This document shows, in pieces, positions 11,402 to 23,900 of a stretch of 64,000 nt of DNA; the stretch's first letter is position 1; every line of letters starts with the position of its first letter. Where the stretch lies: NCBI GenBank assembly GCA_001643675.2, contig LSRY02000018.1, positions 186,001 through 250,000 on the forward strand, in the 5' to 3' direction. The notes beneath the pieces are model-generated. The model was given only the letters and a program-made list of their open reading frames with translations, searched no databases and was not told where the DNA came from. This DNA is from Monocercomonoides exilis PA203. Lineage: Eukaryota; Protista; Preaxostyla. The position numbers and the translations under genes are program-made.

Positions 11402-14400
11402 CGATGATGATGGCTGCGGTTGCGCTGATGAAAATATCGAATCACAGTCAGAAGGAGACGCAACAAACTGAAAATCACAAAAACTCGTCCTGCTCTGCGC
11501 TTCCACTCCACGAATCGCTTCCACACATGGCTCACAACGCAGATGCGTGCTCGCACACTCCCAAGCGCTGCCCACAGGAACAGCTGCTGCTGCACATTCA
11601 CCATCCCCACAACCCCCACAACCACCACAACCACCACAACCACCACAACCACCAGAAGGAGAATGAGCACTGCCATCCGAACTGTCCGCCCCATCCTTCT
11701 CTTCTTCTCCTCCTTCCTCCAATTCCATCATTCTCTTCCTCTTTTCTCTCTTTCCCTTTCCATTTTCCTTTCCCTTCCCTTTTCCCCTCCTCCTCCCCAT
11801 CCCCCTTTCTTTCCTTCTGCTTTCTGCCTTTTCCTCCACAAACTTCAGAATACATCGCACAATATCCTCGTTCATCTCTGCTTCCTCCTCTTCTCCTGCT
11901 CCTTCGGCTCCTTCCTTCTTCCTTTTCTCTTTCTTCCTCTCCTTCTCTTTCTTCCTCTCCTTCTCCTTCCTCTCCTCCTCTTCCTGCACCATGTGCAGCG
12001 GCAGAAACGCTTTTCTCCCTCCTCCTTCTTCTTTCACCCACTCCGCCACATCTTCCTCATACCGCCACCAAAGCTTCCTCAAATACTCTTTCTTCTCCCA
12101 AACCCCTCCCTTCTCCATCATCTCCATCATCTCCATCATCTGCCTCACCAGCTCCCCCTTCAAACATTCCACAACATCCTCCTGCCTCATCTTCATCGGA
12201 TCCTCTTCCTCGTCTTCTTCACGCTGCAAATATTCCAACAGAAATGAAGACGACGAAGACAATAATGCCGGAAACCTCATCAAGCTTGGCTCACCCATTT
12301 CTGAATCACACTGCAAATGCAATAAATCAACAGATGCATGCTCCATCTCCTTCATCTCTTTCATCCTCTTCTCCCCATGCTTCTTTCTTTTATCCCTCTT
12401 TCCGTCTTCTTTACCTTCCTTCTCTTCCTTCTCTTCCTTCTCTTCCTTCTCTTCCTTCTCTTTCTTGTTTTCCTTGCCTTCTTCTCCAGACACTTCACAA
12501 CACCCTTCAACCCCATCCTGATGGCAGCCCACTCTTCCTCTTCCTCCTCCACACACGCTCCTCCTCCTTCTGCGTCTTCTCTCCAAAAAATAGTCCTCCT
12601 CATATGTCAGATTCACCCCATCTCCACCACTTTCTCTCTCTGCCCATGCGCCCTTTCCCTCCTCCTCCTCCTCTTCCTCTTTATCATCATCATCATCTTC
12701 TTCTTCTTCTTCTTCTTCTTCTTCTTCTTCTTCTTCTCCTTCTTCTTCTTCTTCTTCTCCTCCTCCTCCTCCTCCTCCTCCTTCCAGCCCCTCTTCTTGC
12801 ATGTTGTGCAGCATCAGCAGCTGCTTCAGCGGAAGAGGACAGCAGCCCAGTTGCCTGCCTGCCGCTTCCCCATCCATCTCAAACAGCCCATCCTCCACTT
12901 TCTTTCTCTCTTCTCTTCTCCCCTCTTTTCTGTCAAACTTCCTTCCTTTCCTCCCTTCTCCTTTCTTCTTCCTCTCATTTTCACAATCTTCGTCCATCCA
13001 CTTCTCTCTTCTTCCTCCTCTTCTTATGCTGCTGCTGCTACTACTACTACTACCACTTCTGCTGCTGCTGCTCGGTGGAGTCAGCTCAGGCGAACTGCCA
13101 CAAACTGAATGCAACAACTCAGAAGTTTCATCTTTCTCCTTTCTATCCCATATTATCGAAGAAGAAGAAGGCGAAGAAGAAGAAGGGGAAGAAGTTGTTG
13201 CACATGTTGATGATGATGTTTTGATGGCAGGCATAATCTGAATCTCTGCAATCGGCGGATGAACAGCAACAGGAGAGTGAAGATGCCCGCACTTCCCACA
13301 CTCCTCACATTCTCTGCCTCTCCCATCTCCTCCCTCCCCAGCTGCGCCCTCCACAGGCACAAGCACTTCCTTCTCCTCCATCCCTCCCATCGCATCCATT
13401 GCCCCCACCTCCGCCATCTCACACGCCACGCTCCCCATGCTCCCCACACTCGCCAGACACTTCTGCTCAGGCTCTGCAACAAGAACACCTCCCCACCCAC
13501 CACCACCACCACCACAATCCCCCACCCCTCTCCCCCATCCTCCTCCCTCACACCCGCCCCCATATTCACACTCCCCCGAACGATACAGCGCCCCTGCTCC
13601 CACAAACACCGAAGGCGCCACACTCCCAGACACAAACTCAAAGAACTCTCGCGACAGCATCCTCGGCATCCACACAAACCGCTCCCAAACTCCGCTTCTC
13701 CCTTGCCCACCCCTGCCTCCTCCCTGCACAACCCATCTCCCTCCCTCTTCACTCTGCCTCCTCTCCTCCTTTTCCATCTTCCTCTCTGCTGCACGCTCCA
13801 TTGCACGCTCCATTGCACTCTCTCGTGCTCCTCGCCTGCCCTCACATCCTGCAAGAGGACAATTCAGCCGCGTCGAAGACAATGATCCCGAAGAGGAATG
13901 AGTCCGATGCAACTCAACAGCGAAATCAGAAGAGGGAAGAGGAAGAGGAGGAAGAGAAGAAAGATGATGATGAACCAATGCAATCCATATCACTGCTGCC
14001 ATTTCCTTGTCCAAGTCTTTCCCCTCCAACTGCCCCTTCTTCCTCTTCCTCTCTCATTCTCTTCCTTCCTCCCCCTCTTCCTTTTCCCATCTCTTTCTCC
14101 ATCTCTTTCTCTTCCCCATTACCAGCCACATCCACATCCACATCTGCATCTGCATCTGCTCCCCCTTCCCTCCTCCTCGCCAGCTCCTTCTCCCACCGCC
14201 TGTTGTCCGCATAGATTATCACCCCGCCTACCACCAACACTCCAATCAAAAACACAAATATCGTCGCTGTCACCACAACCACATTCTGCTCATCGCTGCT
14301 CAGCCCCCCTCCTTTCCTTCCTTCGCTGCCCTCTCCTCCCCTCACATCCTTATTCCCTGCCCCATCGCCCCCACCTCCCTCTCCCTCTCCCTTTCCCCCT

Positions 14401-14639
14401 CCTTCTCCCCCTCCTCCCCTCCTTCTCCCCTTTCCTCTCCAGGCCTCCTCTCGCATTCCCTCTTCTCATTCAGAAAATACCCCTTCTGGCACCGCACCAC
14501 AACACACTCCCCTGCTCCATCAAACGCATATTCATCTGCCTGCACCCCTACCCCATACACCCCATTCCGCACAAGCCCACTCCCCAGCCTTCTCTCCAAC
14601 ATGCTTTTCACTCCTCTTGCCCCGTCTTCCTCGCCCGCA

Positions 14640-14682
<43 letters not shown>

Positions 14683-17544
14683 ATTCCGCTTCTGATCCTC
14701 CCAATGCTGCTGCTTCCAGAGTCAGCAATCTGCACTTCTCTCCACTCTCCAGCACCTCCCACTCCATCGGCACCTCTGCCAGCGATGCCAGCGACTCAAA
14801 CAGCCCATAGCTCTCTTCCTCTTCCAGCACAGCACTCTCCAGCCGCCGATTCCGCGGAGAATACGCCACCACCCAGTCTGCCGCAAGAACTCCTCCACCA
14901 CCTCCTCCTCCCTCATCCCCATCCTCATCCCCATCCCCAACCCCATTCCCGTCCTCACCCCCTCTCAATCCCTCCGACGGCCACTGCCCAAACACAAGCG
15001 ATTCAGCTGACTTTTCCCACTCCCACCGCTTGATGTCAAACAGCGTGAAGAACACATCCTCGTTCTCCCCAAACCCAGCCGTCTCATTCAGCCTGCTCAA
15101 GTCAAGCGGCTCCTCAATGTGCCCATCAGCACCCATGCCCGCCTGCCCTCTTTTCCTCCCATCCTGCGCGCCACTCACCTTCTTCATCGCCCTCTTCGCC
15201 ACCCTCTTTGCCTCCATCCTCCCCTCTTTCTTTCTCTCTCCAGATTTCTTTCTCTCTCCTTTTTCCTCTCCTTCTTCCTCTTCCTTTTTCTCTTCCTCTT
15301 CCCTCCATCTCTGCAGCGTCTTCGCCGACGTCTCCCACCCTGCATACTTCGCTCCAATCGCCACATTCGCTGTGTTCTCCAGCGTCGTCCTCCCCGCAGA
15401 CGCCACAACCACCTTCCCCAGCCGCTTTTCGTGCACAAACGCTGCAAACACACACGACGCCGACTCCCCAATCCCGTCGGTCAGCACAAGAACACGGTGC
15501 CCATCAAACAGCGATGGTGCTGCCGTTGTTGCGCGCGGCCATGCCGATGACGGATTCGTCGTCTCTGCTCCCCTTGACTCCGCACCGCCGCCCACAAACG
15601 ACAGAAACGGATTCGTCTTGTTCGTGTTGAACGAAAACACCCGCGAAAATGAAACATTCCCACACGCACTCGCCTTTCCTCTGCCAAAATGCCCTTTTTG
15701 CGTTTTTGATCCAAGAGCCACCGTTCAAATCTTCCCCTTCCTCTCCCTCACTCTCTTTCCTCCTTTTCATCTCTCCTTCACTCCCCATCTTTCTATTTGC
15801 CTTCCACTTTGTCTTCCTCTTCGCCTTCGCTTCTGTCTTCGCCTTCCCATTCCCGTCTCCCTTCCCCAAATCACAAGACACTTCAAAGGTGTCTCCAATC
15901 TGCTTCCACTCGTCTGTTCCATGCAGCGTCTTGTACTCCACAAACTCTCCTTCCCCACGCCGCCGCCACAGCTCCGCCGCCCCAAAACTTGCCTCTGTCC
16001 CCAGCATCTGACTCTGCGGGAATACTGGAAACTCGCCCGGGAACAGAAGCGACAGAACTTGCAGCGCAAGCGAAGGGCTGCGCCCAGCTGCCGAGCGGAT
16101 GTCGATGATCAGCGTGCAGTTCAGATTAGTAGGTGGCACAGATCCTTCAGCTAACGACGGAGAAATCGGAGAGGAAGAAGCAGAAAGTGAGGAAATCAGA
16201 GATTGCTGCATAGTCTTCAGCGCATCAGCCGCAGCTGCCCCAAATGACACCTCGTTCTCCGGCTCAAAGTTGAAGATGCGAAACACACCCAGATGCATCG
16301 ACACGCAAAACGACACACTGAAATCGTCTGTCTCTGCAATCTTCACAAATACATCATCCGACAAAGTGGACGATAACGACGACGATGGCGATGATGACAA
16401 CGGGGAAGCATCTGGCATATAGTCAACCCAGCTCGCTGCACTTCTGAGCGGAATTACCAGCTTCAGGGGGCTCTTTCTGGAATTTTCTGCCAGTTTGTAC
16501 AACCGTCGATAGTCCTGAGGGTGATGAAAGCACACAATCGACTTGCTGTCAACTATATTGAGGGAACGAAACGCAAATCGGTCAGCCAATGACATCGATG
16601 CATGAACACGCCCCGTACTTGAACTTTGGATGCGCTTGTCTGGCATCAAATCTGCTCCATTCGTCAGCGAAGCACGAATAGCCTTTGTGTCTGAAGCACT
16701 CCTAACATATGGCTGTTGAAGAATCTTCAGCGCATCTGTTGGTTCAGTGCCTCCAAAAAATGTCAGAGTCTGGGGCTTTGAGAATGTTTCGATCGGACGC
16801 CTGCAAAATGATCGAAGGATTGCTTCGTTCATTCGCAGTAATGGATCACGAATATACAAAAGATGCTCGTTTGCCCATTCCCGAATCCAATCTTCAATTG
16901 GAACAATACAAGTGTCTGTACAATTTTCTCCTTCAATTTCAAATCCAGAAACATAAAATGATTTTAGACTTGAATCATCGTTTTCCTTTTTCATATCTAT
17001 TGCATTTGTAAATACGCTGTCAACCCACAAAGTCCATGTATCAATCTTTCCTTCGTCATCGTGATTGGCCTCTAGCGAAAATGGATAATACCATTCATAA
17101 AGTTCGCTACATCTCATCGAATATCGAGTTGTTCCCTGCGAAAAGCTTTTTATCAATTTTGAAAATTCAACAAATTTCTCGTAAATTTCGCCTTCTTCTT
17201 CTTCTATGCGGTTAAGTTTTTCCTTCAAAATCAAAAAAGCATTAGCATTTTTGCCGTTTTTCACTTCAAAATGATATGACTGAATAGTATTCTCAATAAT
17301 CTGAAGCATTGTGGACTTTAAAACTGAAAAATTACCAAACTTGTTATAAAAATACATATAATTTGAAAATTGATTCACGTTGCAAAATTGAAAATATTTT
17401 AAGCAAACAAAAAAAGAAAAAAAGCACATTTTCATTTCTTAATCGTTGTTCAAAAGTATGAGCCTCTTCGAATGGGGCCATCAGGGTGGGGCACAAAAAA
17501 CATATTTGAATCCAGTTAAGAAGATATATGCATCCCCAAAGCAT
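11249..17544 (-). CDS. S41 peptidase-like type I membrane protein, copy A (frameshifts near 15705, 14420 and 13950)
   Basis: Mirror of 18094-24369; ORFs 15504-17435, 14342-15721, 13926-14456 and 11249-14029 join through small, mostly homopolymer, indels. Confidence 0.6.
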
Positions 17545-17766
17545 TTATATCTCCAAAAACAAGATTTTTAATAAAACTTATGATCTGTAACATAACAAAT
17601 TTATTCCAACAATTATCAAAATTATTTTTGAAAATACAAGACTGTTAACGTAATTAAAAAGAAATAATTTTACGTGTGACCGAAAGAATAGTTGACAATT
17701 CAATGAAGGAGAAAGATCTATTAGTCAATTATCATTTCATTTGTTTTAAAAAGAAATAAATTTTAA

Positions 17767-17871
17767 TACATTTGTATATGTTGGGTTGAATCAAAAATAG
17801 AAACAAAATTTTTATATAATATAAAATATATAATTCATTAATAATATCTAATTAAATAATCATCAGATATT
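17767..17871. promoter_or_regulatory. 105-bp unique AT-rich palindrome spacer within a probable shared bidirectional promoter (17545-18093)
   Basis: Arm complementarity stops at 17766/17872; divergent ATGs at 17544 (-) and 18094 (+). Confidence 0.55.
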
Positions 17872-20800
17872 TTAAAATTTATTTCTTTTTAAAACAAATG
17901 AAATGATAATTGACTAATAGATCTTTCTCCTTCATTGAATTGTCAACTATTCTTTCGGTCACACGTAAAATTATTTCTTTTTAATTACGTTAACAGTCTT
18001 GTATTTTCAAAAATAATTTTGATAATTGTTGGAATAAATTTGTTATGTTACAGATCATAAGTTTTATTAAAAATCTTGTTTTTGGAGATATAAATGCTTT
18101 GGGGATGCATATATCTTCTTAACTGGATTCAAATATGTTTTTTGTGCCCCACCCTGATGGCCCCATTCGAAGAGGCTCATACTTTTGAACAACGATTAAG
18201 AAATGAAAATGTGCTTTTTTTCTTTTTTTGTTTGCTTAAAATATTTTCAATTTTGCAACGTGAATCAATTTTCAAATTATATGTATTTTTATAACAAGTT
18301 TGGTAATTTTTCAGTTTTAAAGTCCACAATGCTTCAGATTATTGAGAATACTATTCAGTCATATCATTTTGAAGTGAAAAACGGCAAAAATGCTAATGCT
18401 TTTTTGATTTTGAAGGAAAAACTTAACCGCATAGAAGAAGAAGAAGGCGAAATTTACGAGAAATTTGTTGAATTTTCAAAATTGATAAAAAGCTTTTCGC
18501 AGGGAACAACTCGATATTCGATGAGATGTAGCGAACTTTATGAATGGTATTATCCATTTTCGCTAGAGGCCAATCACGATGACGAAGGAAAGATTGATAC
18601 ATGGACTTTGTGGGTTGACAGCGTATTTACAAATGCAATAGATATGAAAAAGGAAAACGATGATTCAAGTCTAAAATCATTTTATGTTTCTGGATTTGAA
18701 ATTGAAGGAGAAAATTGTACAGACACTTGTATTGTTCCAATTGAAGATTGGATTCGGGAATGGGCAAACGAGCATCTTTTGTATATTCGTGATCCATTAC
18801 TGCGAATGAACGAAGCAATCCTTCGATCATTTTGCAGGCGTCCGATCGAAACATTCTCAAAGCCCCAGACTCTGACATTTTTTGGAGGCACTGAACCAAC
18901 AGATGCGCTGAAGATTCTTCAACAGCCATATGTTAGGAGTGCTTCAGACACAAAGGCTATTCGTGCTTCGCTGACGAATGGAGCAGATTTGATGCCAGAC
19001 AAGCGCATCCAAAGTTCAAGTACGGGGCGTGTTCATGCATCGATGTCATTGGCTGACCGATTTGCGTTTCGTTCCCTCAATATAGTTGACAGCAAGTCGA
19101 TTGTGTGCTTTCATCACCCTCAGGACTATCGACGGTTGTACAAACTGGCAGAAAATTCCAGAAAGAGCCCCTGAAGCTGGTAATTCCGCTCAGAAGTGCA
19201 GCGAGCTGGGTTGACTATATGCCAGATGCTTCCCCGTTGTCATCATCGCCATCGTCGTCGTTATCGTCCACTTTGTCGGATGATGTATTTGTGAAGATTG
19301 CAGAGACAGACGATTTCAGTGTGTCGTTTTGCGTGTCGATGCATCTGGGTGTGTTTCGCATCTTCAACTTTGAGCCGGAGAACGAGGTGTCATTTGGGGC
19401 AGCTGCGGCTGATGCGCTGAAGACTATGCAGCAATCTCTGATTTCCTCACTTTCTGCTTCTTCCTCTCCGATTTCTCCGTCGTTAGCTGAAGGATCTGTG
19501 CCACCTACTAATCTGAACTGCACGCTGATCATCGACATCCGCTCGGCAGCTGGGCGCAGCCCTTCGCTTGCGCTGCAAGTTCTGTCGCTTCTGTTCCCGG
19601 GCGAGTTTCCAGTATTCCCGCAGAGTCAGATGCTGGGGACAGAGGCAAGTTTTGGGGCGGCGGAGCTGTGGCGGCGGCGTGGGGAAGGAGAGTTTGTGGA
19701 GTACAAGACGCTGCATGGAACAGACGAGTGGAAGCAGATTGGAGACACCTTTGAAGTGTCTTGTGATTTGGGGAAGGGAGACGGGAATGGGAAGGCGAAG
19801 ACAGAAGCGAAGGCGAAGAGGAAGACAAAGTGGAAGGCAAATAGAAAGATGGGGAGTGAAGGAGAGATGAAAAGGAGGAAAGAGAGTGAGGGAGAGGAAG
19901 GGGAAGATTTGAACGGTGGCTCTTGGATCAAAACGCAAAAAGGGCATTTTGGCAGAGGAAAGGCGAGTGCGTGTGGGAATGTTTCATTTTCGCGGGTGTT
20001 TTCGTTCAACACGAACAAGACGAATCCGTTTCTGTCGTTTGTGGGCGGCGGTGCGGAGTCAAGGGGAGCAGAGACGACGAATCCGTCATCGGCATGGCCG
20101 CGCGCAACAACGGCAGCACCATCGCTGTTTGATGGGCACCGTGTTCTTGTGCTGACCGACGGGATTGGGGAGTCGGCGTCGTGTGTGTTTGCAGCGTTTG
20201 TGCACGAAAAGCGGCTGGGGAAGGTGGTTGTGGCGTCTGCGGGGAGGACGACGCTGGAGAACACAGCGAATGTGGCGATTGGAGCGAAGTATGCAGGGTG
20301 GGAGACGTCGGCGAAGACGCTGCAGAGATGGAGGGAAGAGGAAGAGAAAAAGGAAGAGGAAGAAGGAGAGGAAAAAGGAGAGAGAAAGAAATCTGGAGAG
20401 AGAAAGAAAGAGGGGAGGATGGAGGCAAAGAGGGTGGCGAAGAGGGCGATGAAGAAGGTGAGTGGCGCGCAGGATGGGAGGAAAAGAGGGCAGGCGGGCA
20501 TGGGTGCTGATGGGCACATTGAGGAGCCGCTTGACTTGAGCAGGCTGAATGAGACGGCTGGGTTTGGGGAGAACGAGGATGTGTTCTTCACGCTGTTTGA
20601 CATCAAGCGGTGGGAGTGGGAAAAGTCAGCTGAATCGCTTGTGTTTGGGCAGTGGCCGTCGGAGGGATTGAGAGGGGGTGAGGACGGGAATGGGGTTGGG
20701 GATGGGGATGAGGATGGGGATGAGGGAGGAGGAGGTGGTGGAGGAGTTCTTGCGGCAGACTGGGTGGTGGCGTATTCTCCGCGGAATCGGCGGCTGGAGA

Positions 20801-20953
20801 GTGCTGTGCTGGAAGAGGAAGAGAGCTATGGGCTGTTTGAGTCGCTGGCATCGCTGGCAGAGGTGCCGATGGAGTGGGAGGTGCTGGAGAGTGGAGAGAA
20901 GTGCAGATTGCTGACTCTGGAAGCAGCAGCATTGGGAGGATCAGAAGCGGAAT

Positions 20954-20996
<43 letters not shown>

Positions 20997-23900
20997 TGCG
21001 GGCGAGGAAGACGGGGCAAGAGGAGTGAAAAGCATGTTGGAGAGAAGGCTGGGGAGTGGGCTTGTGCGGAATGGGGTGTATGGGGTAGGGGTGCAGGCAG
21101 ATGAATATGCGTTTGATGGAGCAGGGGAGTGTGTTGTGGTGCGGTGCCAGAAGGGGTATTTTCTGAATGAGAAGAGGGAATGCGAGAGGAGGCCTGGAGA
21201 GGAAAGGGGAGAAGGAGGGGGAGGAGGGGGAGAAGGAGGGGGAAAGGGAGAGGGAGAGGGAGGTGGGGGCGATGGGGCAGGGAATAAGGATGTGAGGGGA
21301 GGAGAGGGCAGCGAAGGAAGGAAAGGAGGGGGGCTGAGCAGCGATGAGCAGAATGTGGTTGTGGTGACAGCGACGATATTTGTGTTTTTGATTGGAGTGT
21401 TGGTGGTAGGCGGGGTGATAATCTATGCGGACAACAGGCGGTGGGAGAAGGAGCTGGCGAGGAGGAGGGAAGGGGGAGCAGATGCAGATGCAGATGTGGA
21501 TGTGGATGTGGCTGGTAATGGGGAAGAGAAAGAGATGGAGAAAGAGATGGGAAAAGGAAGAGGGGGAGGAAGGAAGAGAATGAGAGAGGAAGAGGAAGAA
21601 GGGGCAGTTGGAGGGGAAAGACTTGGACAAGGAAATGGCAGCAGTGATATGGATTGCATTGGTTCATCATCATCTTCTTCCTCTTCCTCCTCTTCCTCTT
21701 CCTCTTCTGATTTCGCTGTTGAGTTGCATCGGACTCATTCCTCTTCGGGATCATTGTCTTCGACGCGGCTGAATTGTCCTCTTGCAGGATGTGAGGGCAG
21801 GCGAGGAGCACGAGAGAGTGCAATGGAGCGTGCAATGGAGCGTGCAGCAGAGAGGAAGATGGAAAAGGAGGAGAGGAGGCAGAGTGAAGAGGGAGGGAGA
21901 TGGATTGTGCAGGAAGGAGGCAGGGGTGGGCAAGGGAGAAGCGATGTTTGGGAGCGGTTTGTGTGGATGCCGAGGGTGCTGTCGCGAGAGTTCTTTGAGT
22001 TTGTGTCTGGGAGTGTGGCGCCTTCGGTGTTTGTGGGAGCAGGGGCGCTGTATCGTTCGGGGGAGTGTGAATATGGGGGCGGGTGTGAGGGAGGAGGATG
22101 GGGGAGAGGGGTGGGGGATTGTGGTGGTGGTGGTGGTGGGTGGGGAGGTGTTCTTGTTGCAGAGCCTGAGCAGAAGTGTCTGGCGAGTGTGGGGAGCATG
22201 GGGAGCGTGGCGTGTGAGATGGCGGAGGTGGGGGCAATGGATGCGATGGGAGGGATGGAGGAGAAGGAAGTGCTTGTGCCTGTGGAGGGCACAGCTGGGG
22301 AGGGAGGAGATGGGAGAGGCAGAGAATGTGGGGAGTTTGGGAAGTGCGGGCATCTTCACTCGCCTGTTGCTGTTCATCCGCCGATTGCAGAGATTCAGAT
22401 TATGCCTGCCATCAAAACATCATCATCAACATGTGCAACAACTTCTTCGCCTTCTTCTTCTTCGCCTTCTTCTTCTTCGATAATATGGGATAGAAAGGAG
22501 AAAGATGAAACTTCTGAGTTGTTGCATTCAGTTTGTGGCAGTTCGCCTGAGCTGACTCCACCGAGCAGCAGCAGCAAAAGTGGTAGTAGTAGTAGCAGCA
22601 GCAGCAGCATCAGAAGAGGAGGAAGAAGAGAGAAGTGGATGGACGAAGATTGTGAAAATGAGAGGAAGAAGAAAGGAGAAGGGAGGAAAGGAAGGAAGTT
22701 TGACAGAAAAGAGGGGAGAAGAGAAGAGAGAAAGAAAGTGGAGGATGGGCTGTTTGAGATGGATGGGGATGCGGCAGGCAGGCAACTGGGCTGCTGTCCT
22801 CTTCCGCTGAAGCAGCTGCTGATGCTGCACAACATGCAAGAAGAGGGGCTGGAAGGAGGAGGAGGAGGAGGAGGAGGAGGAGGAGGAGAAGAAGAAGAAG
22901 AAGAAGAAGATGATGATGATAAAGAGGAAGAGGAGGAGGAGGAGAAAGAGGAGGAGGGAAAGGGCGCATGGGCAGAGAGAGAAAGTGGAGGAGATGGGGT
23001 GAATCTGACATATGAGGAGGACTATTTTTTGGAGAGAAGACGCAGAAGGAGGAGGAGCGTATGTGGAGGAGGAAGAGGAAGAGTGGGCTGCCATCAGGAT
23101 GGGGTTGAAGGGTGTTGTGAAGTGTCTGGAGAAGAAGACAAGGAAGAGAAGGAAGAGAAGGAAAACAAGAAAGAGAAGGAAGAGAAGGAAGAGAAGGAAG
23201 AGAAGGAAGACGAGGAAGGCAAAGAAGACGGAAAGAGGGAGAAAAGAAAGAAGCATGGGGAGAAGAGGGTGAAAGGGATGAAGGAGATGGAGCATGCATC
23301 TGTTGATTTATTGCATTTGCAGCGTGGGTCGGAAATGGGTGAGCCAAGCTTGATGAGGTTTCCGTCATTATTGTCTTCGTCGTCTTCATTTCTGTTGGAA
23401 TATTTGCAGCGTGAAGAAGACGAGGAAGGGGATCCGATGAAGATGAGACAGGAGGATGTTGTGGAGTGTTTGAAGGCGGAGCTGGTGAGGCAGATGATGG
23501 AGATGATGGAGATGATGGAGAAGGGAGGGGTTTGGGAGAAGAAAGAGTATTTGAGGAAGCTTTGGTGGCGGTATGAGGAAGATGTGGCGGAGTGGGTGAA
23601 AGAAGAAGGAGGAGGGAGAAAAGCGTTTCTGCCGCTGCACATGGCGCAGGAAGAGGAGGAGAGGAAGGAGAAGGAGAGGAAGAAAGAGAAGGAGAGGAAG
23701 AAAGAGAAAAGGAAGAAGGAAGGAGCCGAAGGAGCAGGAGAAGAGGAGGAAGCAGAGATGAACGAGGATATTGTGCGATGTATTCTGAAGTTTGTGGAGG
23801 AAAAGGCAGAAAGCAGAAGGAAAGAAAGGGGGATGGGGAGGAGGAGGGGAAAAGGGAAGGGGAAGGGAAAGAGAGAAAAGAGGAAGAGAATGATGGAATT

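Larger units (their letters stand above)
4452..17766. repeat. Left arm of giant inverted repeat (4452-5459 plus 9788-17766, interrupted by the DIRS element)
   Basis: Reverse complement of 17872-26840. Inner coordinates sum to 35638 (17435/18203, 17544/18094). Outer match begins atatctttgaatca at 4452. Mirrored ORFs throughout (4967/26325, 10442/25178, 12801/22835). Confidence 0.95.
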
